Below are positions 59,822-64,000 of a stretch of 64,000 nucleotides of DNA, piece after piece. Within the stretch, counting starts at the first letter, position 1. Each line of letters begins with the position of its first letter. A program made the translations under genes and the position numbers. Source of the DNA: Pelagomonas calceolata (lineage: Eukaryota); NCBI GenBank assembly GCA_918797485.1, contig CAKKNE010000005.1, positions 4,278,001 through 4,342,000 on the forward strand, written 5' to 3'. The notes beneath the pieces were generated by a model, which saw only the letters and a list, made by a program, of their open reading frames with translations, searched no databases and was not told where the DNA came from.

Positions 59822-61573
59822 ATGGCCGCCGCAGCCTGCGCCCGACCAACACTCACGAGCCTCTGGCTCCCTTTGCTAGCCAGCTTCGGCCAAGCCGAAA
59901 CCGATAAACCTAGATCACTAAGCCCAGCACAACGTCGAGGCTTAGCGTCCATAATAGCACTAACGTCCGAAGACCACGACGGCTGCGACTTGGACGAGAT
60001 CGTCGCCGCCGCGGACCGAGCCTTCTCGCAAGAAGCGTCGGACGAGGAACGACGGGCCATGTGGTCCATCGACGAAGGTATAGATATAAGTGACGTGCGG
60101 AACCTGCGGAAGCGGGTCCTGCAGCGACTCGAGAGGGACGACTGCTCGGATCGACGGGAACGGGCCGCCGTGGCCATCGCGAACGCCTGCCTCCAAGGTA
60201 GTTCCGCCAGATTCCAGCTCGAGGCTTCAGTCGCGGATCAGTTCGCCGAGGCGTTCGGCGCGACGTGGTGCTATGTTGTTGGTGTGGCTATCCTCGCGTT
60301 GGCCGCGATTGGTGCTTCTTCGTCCATCGATAGGTTCGTGGCCGAGCCTCTGTTAGGTTCTAGAACAGAAAGAGTCCCGTGTGCGTGTCGCATCTGCGAC
60401 GGGCGGTTAAACCTAGACGACAAGGTGGGAGAAGGCGGCTTTGGAAGCGTGTGGCGGTGCAAAGGAGAAGGAGTGGTAGTAAAACTGGTCCGTGTCGACT
60501 TGGAGAGAGACGTCAACGCCCTCAAAGGGGTACTAGATGAGGCCAGACACTTGCTAGAATTGCGGCATGACCACGTCGTCGCGTATTACGATACCTTCGT
60601 CCACAGGGCCGTGAAGGGATCACCTTTGATAGATGATACGAGTACAATCGCGGACTTTGCGTGCATCGCCATGGAGGACTGCGAAGGGGGGAGTCTGTTG
60701 GACCATGTGGCGGCTTCTGGTGTCCCGTTTCCATTAGACGTCGTAGTAGAAGTAACAAGGCAATGTACCACCGCGCTAGCATACGCCCACTCCCAAGGTG
60801 TGACCCACCGAGACGTCAAGCTCGAGAACATCTTCGTCAAGAGTAGCGAGGCGCGGTGCAAATTAGGGGACTTCGGCCTGGCCGTCAAGTCGGCGGTGCA
60901 CACGCCGCGGCGGGGCCGGTCCCATTCCTTCGACGACGCGTCATCGTCCAGTTCTGTCGGAGGCACGGAAGTGTATCAACCCCCAGAATGTTTTGAAGGT
61001 AATGAGGACGTCTTCGGGGCCGTCGACGCGTGGGGGCTCGGGTGTGTGTTATTTGAGATGGCCACGTCGCAGTCCTTGCCGACGGATCCTCCTTTTCTCG
61101 GGCAGTTATTACTTGAGGATGATCGTGCGAAGCACTCTAGAGCCATCGCCGACAAGTTCTCGGCCGCGTTAGCGGCGGCCGAGCACGCGGCGGCGCAGGC
61201 GCGCGACGATGATGCTGATTCAAAGGCGTCTCGTTCATTATGCGTCGCCGGGCTCTCGTCCCTGCTAGATGGCTTGCTGAGCGCGGCTCCGTCCGAAAGA
61301 CCGCTCATGCGCGACGTCGAGAAATTACAATGGTTGAATGCCTATAGGACCACGAATCTCGCGCGCTTTTTCAGATTTGTGGACTTTGATGACATGAAGT
61401 CGGAGCGGACGGAGCGAAGTCGTCGAGCTAGAGCGTTCCGGGCCAAGTCGCTCCCGAAGACGCCGGACGCGCGGCGGCGGCATCTGCAGAGGCGGTCGCC
61501 GGACAGCCCGGCCGCGGCGGCGCGCCAGCTCGAGTTTGAAAAGAGACCGCGGTCGAGCGGGCGGCTCTGGTAG
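59822..61573 (+). CDS. Ser/Thr protein kinase with a TM segment before the kinase domain
   Basis: GEGGFGSV, VVVKLV, HRDVKLENIF, DFGLA, GTEVYQPPE, DAWGLGC. Confidence 0.92.
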   Translation: MAAAACARPTLTSLWLPLLASFGQAETDKPRSLSPAQRRGLASIIALTSEDHDGCDLDEIVAAADRAFSQEASDEERRAMWSIDEGIDISDVRNLRKRVLQRLERDDCSDRRERAAVAIANACLQGSSARFQLEASVADQFAEAFGATWCYVVGVAILALAAIGASSSIDRFVAEPLLGSRTERVPCACRICDGRLNLDDKVGEGGFGSVWRCKGEGVVVKLVRVDLERDVNALKGVLDEARHLLELRHDHVVAYYDTFVHRAVKGSPLIDDTSTIADFACIAMEDCEGGSLLDHVAASGVPFPLDVVVEVTRQCTTALAYAHSQGVTHRDVKLENIFVKSSEARCKLGDFGLAVKSAVHTPRRGRSHSFDDASSSSSVGGTEVYQPPECFEGNEDVFGAVDAWGLGCVLFEMATSQSLPTDPPFLGQLLLEDDRAKHSRAIADKFSAALAAAEHAAAQARDDDADSKASRSLCVAGLSSLLDGLLSAAPSERPLMRDVEKLQWLNAYRTTNLARFFRFVDFDDMKSERTERSRRARAFRAKSLPKTPDARRRHLQRRSPDSPAAAARQLEFEKRPRSSGRLW

Positions 61574-61724
61574 TCACATTTGTCCCCTCTCCTCCCCGTC
61601 GTTTTAAGTTTGATCGAATTGATAACGTCGACCTAGGTCCGCTACGCCCCTTCCAAGCCTCTGTGCCTCTATATAGAGGCCCCACGGGGCCAGGAAGGCT
61701 ACGCGGCGACTCGTAGGATAGGTA

Positions 61725-61753
61725 GGGGCAGCCTGGGGCAGCCTGGGGCAGCC
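61725..61753 (+). repeat. Short tandem repeat (GGGGCAGCCT) x3
   Basis: Seen directly in the sequence. Confidence 0.85.
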
Positions 61754-62091
61754 GTCGTCGAAGTCAGGTCCTCGCAGACGTCGAATCTGTGCCGGCGAGG
61801 CCCGGCCCGGGTCCCGGGCTTTGCTCTTAGCCCTCCGAGGGGTCTTAATTCAAAGACTTACCCTAGTACTTTCAGTGCCGCTGCAGCGCCAGACCCCGCG
61901 ACCACATCGAGGCGACACTGTTCCGGTGCGCGCACGATGGGAGCGCCCTTCTAAGGCTGCCCCCGGGCCAGGAGAGCGCCGCCGCTGCCTCAGCACCCGC
62001 GACCCCAGCGGCCGCGGCTGGAACCTAGTTGATTCAACCCGAGCACGAGCCCTTGGCTGAAAAGGATAGCCGCAGCGCTCTAACAAGAACC

Positions 62092-64000
62092 ATGGCCACG
62101 GCCGCCCAACAAAACCCCCTCGAGACGCCTAGAACGAGGGCAAGACGCCTGAACCCGCCGACCATACGGGCCGGCTCCGCGCGCGGCCACGGGAGAAGAC
62201 CTGACGCCTACTCCGGCCAGCCGGACAGCGCCCGCTCGACCCGCAGCCAGGGGCCTAGGCGCGAGCCGCCCTCGGCCATGGCGAGGGCCGGGCGGAATTC
62301 GTTTGATACGACACCGAGGCAAGGCGGCCTACCGTCAGGCCTCGTCAAGCCCCCGCCGATCGACACGGAGCCGCCGACGCCTAGACGCGGAAGCCGTGCG
62401 CGTTCCAAAGATGAAGATGACGACAACCGGAGCGATGCCGGTTCCGTCGCGAGCATGGCGTCTGTCAGAAGTACACGAAGTATGAGTGGTAGACCGCGGC
62501 AGTACCGGTGCATTCGGAGTGGTTGCGTCAATCCCGCGGGACGGGACGGCTTCTGCCGGAACTGCGCGCCCAATAGTCAGTACTGGGGCGAGCGCAGCGA
62601 CTCCGAGTCGAACTTCAGTGTGGCGTCGACCGCGACGACGGCGGTCGAAGCGCGGCGGCCCAATTCCGGTCGGGTGGGCTACAACCCCACAAGGCCTCGA
62701 GTGTCGTCGAACGCGTCGTCGGGCGGCAACAATAGTGATGATGCATCTTCTGTAGCGTCTTATGCTTCAGTAGGACCGCGACCCGGCAGCTCCCAGAACC
62801 AGAGGCAGAGGGACCCCTGGGCCCGTATTAAGCGAGAGACGAACAAGGGGCCCGACCGACGGCCGTCTGATGAAGTGAGTGAGTATTCCGAGTACGGGGG
62901 TGGGAGAGGCTCCTTACACTCCGCGAGGTCCGAATACAGCGAGTACGGCCCACGGTCAGCGAGAGGCGACGCTCCTAGATCCGCAAGAAGACGTTATGAG
63001 CCGCAAGCACCGCCCCGAACGCCGCGAGAAACGGCTCTGGAGGATGAAAATGAATATCTCAGAGAGCAGCTCGCGGCGGCGGAGGCGCGCGGCGTGAAGT
63101 TGCGGGAGGAGTCCTATTCTCCTCGCAGACGGCGTTCTCGGCGCGACGACCGCGATCGGAGACGTTCTAGACGCGATCGAGACTATGACGACGATCGTCG
63201 TCGAAGGCGTTCCCGGCGCGACTATGACGACCGGGACGATCGTCGTCGACGTCGGAGTCGGTCCCGAGATTACCGGGACGACTATTCGAGGCAAGGTACG
63301 GCCGGCACTCACAGAGATTCAAGGGAATATAGGAGACGTCGACCGCCCCCCTCGTATGACGACGAGGACGGGCCCACGGCGGCCGAACTAGCTTATGAAC
63401 AATCTTTAGAAGACTACAAGCGCCAGACGGGCAAAACGCCGAAGAACGCGGACACGTCGCGCCATCGGAGCGAACGAACGCCGAACCGACGGCCGAGACC
63501 CCAAGATCGGAGCGGCGGTCGTAGGCCGCCTCCGAGAGAGAGATCGAGATCAAAGAGCCGCCAGGACATCCTCGATGCCGAAGCGCGGTCGGCGAAGGAC
63601 TGGGAAAGGGCGAAAACACCAGACTCCCCAAAAACAGCAGCTTCGGCCTTCTTTCAACAAGATAGACCTGGCTCTTCCATGTCCCAGGCCGGTTCTCCGC
63701 CGAAGCGACGGGCGCCGCCGCCGGCTCGCAAGTTCGTCGCGCCCCCGAACACGGATTCGACCTTGTGGGCCCACGGAAGCGACTCGCCGCAGCGCACGGA
63801 GCCGCAGATCGCGACGCTCGTGGATACGGGCGACGACGACTCGGAAGATGACGACGACCAGCCGGGCGCGCCGCCGATCCATGTTATTTGCAGGACCCCG
63901 ACCGGAATGACGATTCCCGTGAATGCTCGACCGGGCTGGCGCTGCGAGGCTATCGTGCGACGTGTCGGCAAAGCGGTCGGGCTGGAGTCTGATGTCATTA
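62092..64000 (+). CDS. Low-complexity protein with C4 zinc finger, RD/RS-rich tract and the start of a ubiquitin-like domain; runs off the window and is absent from the ORF track
   Basis: Manual translation is open from ATG 62092 to 64000: CIRSGCVNPAGRDGFCRNC, RRRSRRDYDDRDDRRRRRSRSRD, IHVICRTPTGMTIPVNARPGWRCEAIVRRV. Confidence 0.75.
   Translation, partial: MATAAQQNPLETPRTRARRLNPPTIRAGSARGHGRRPDAYSGQPDSARSTRSQGPRREPPSAMARAGRNSFDTTPRQGGLPSGLVKPPPIDTEPPTPRRGSRARSKDEDDDNRSDAGSVASMASVRSTRSMSGRPRQYRCIRSGCVNPAGRDGFCRNCAPNSQYWGERSDSESNFSVASTATTAVEARRPNSGRVGYNPTRPRVSSNASSGGNNSDDASSVASYASVGPRPGSSQNQRQRDPWARIKRETNKGPDRRPSDEVSEYSEYGGGRGSLHSARSEYSEYGPRSARGDAPRSARRRYEPQAPPRTPRETALEDENEYLREQLAAAEARGVKLREESYSPRRRRSRRDDRDRRRSRRDRDYDDDRRRRRSRRDYDDRDDRRRRRSRSRDYRDDYSRQGTAGTHRDSREYRRRRPPPSYDDEDGPTAAELAYEQSLEDYKRQTGKTPKNADTSRHRSERTPNRRPRPQDRSGGRRPPPRERSRSKSRQDILDAEARSAKDWERAKTPDSPKTAASAFFQQDRPGSSMSQAGSPPKRRAPPPARKFVAPPNTDSTLWAHGSDSPQRTEPQIATLVDTGDDDSEDDDDQPGAPPIHVICRTPTGMTIPVNARPGWRCEAIVRRVGKAVGLESDVI

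Overview
Gene-dense, GC-rich eukaryotic nuclear DNA with few introns and very short intergenic spacers. The gene content (PRP6, VPS35, ROD/KNTC1, cyclin, proteins with bipartite plastid-targeting signals) and the intron type point to a pelagophyte alga (Pelagomonas/Aureococcus-like); this is an inference. About 30 genes are present. Several ORF-track entries are halves of single genes split by introns, and one gene (62092 to the window end) is missing from the track. Main observations: (1) a decay series of introner-type transposon introns sharing TIRs, 8-bp target-site duplications, a 17-mer core and a 3' end; three of four TSD mismatches move the intronic copy toward the splice-donor consensus, and all seven coding introns are followed by an exon starting GC. 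(2) A 22-25 bp motif, GCTAGTGTCTTACA(GG)CCGCTAGC, in 8-9 copies, seen only upstream of start codons and oriented toward them. (3) Four dispersed copies or fragments of a MYND-RINGv-TPR family; the two copies that keep the MYND region are nearly identical there while the TPRs diverge, and two copies are fused head-to-head. (4) A TGATG stop/start overlap suggesting a bicistronic locus. (5) Tandem ricin-lectin paralogues that differ by one intron, a fungal-type Zn2Cys6 factor, and a decayed TIR element. All calls were made by eye from sequence motifs; no database searches were run.
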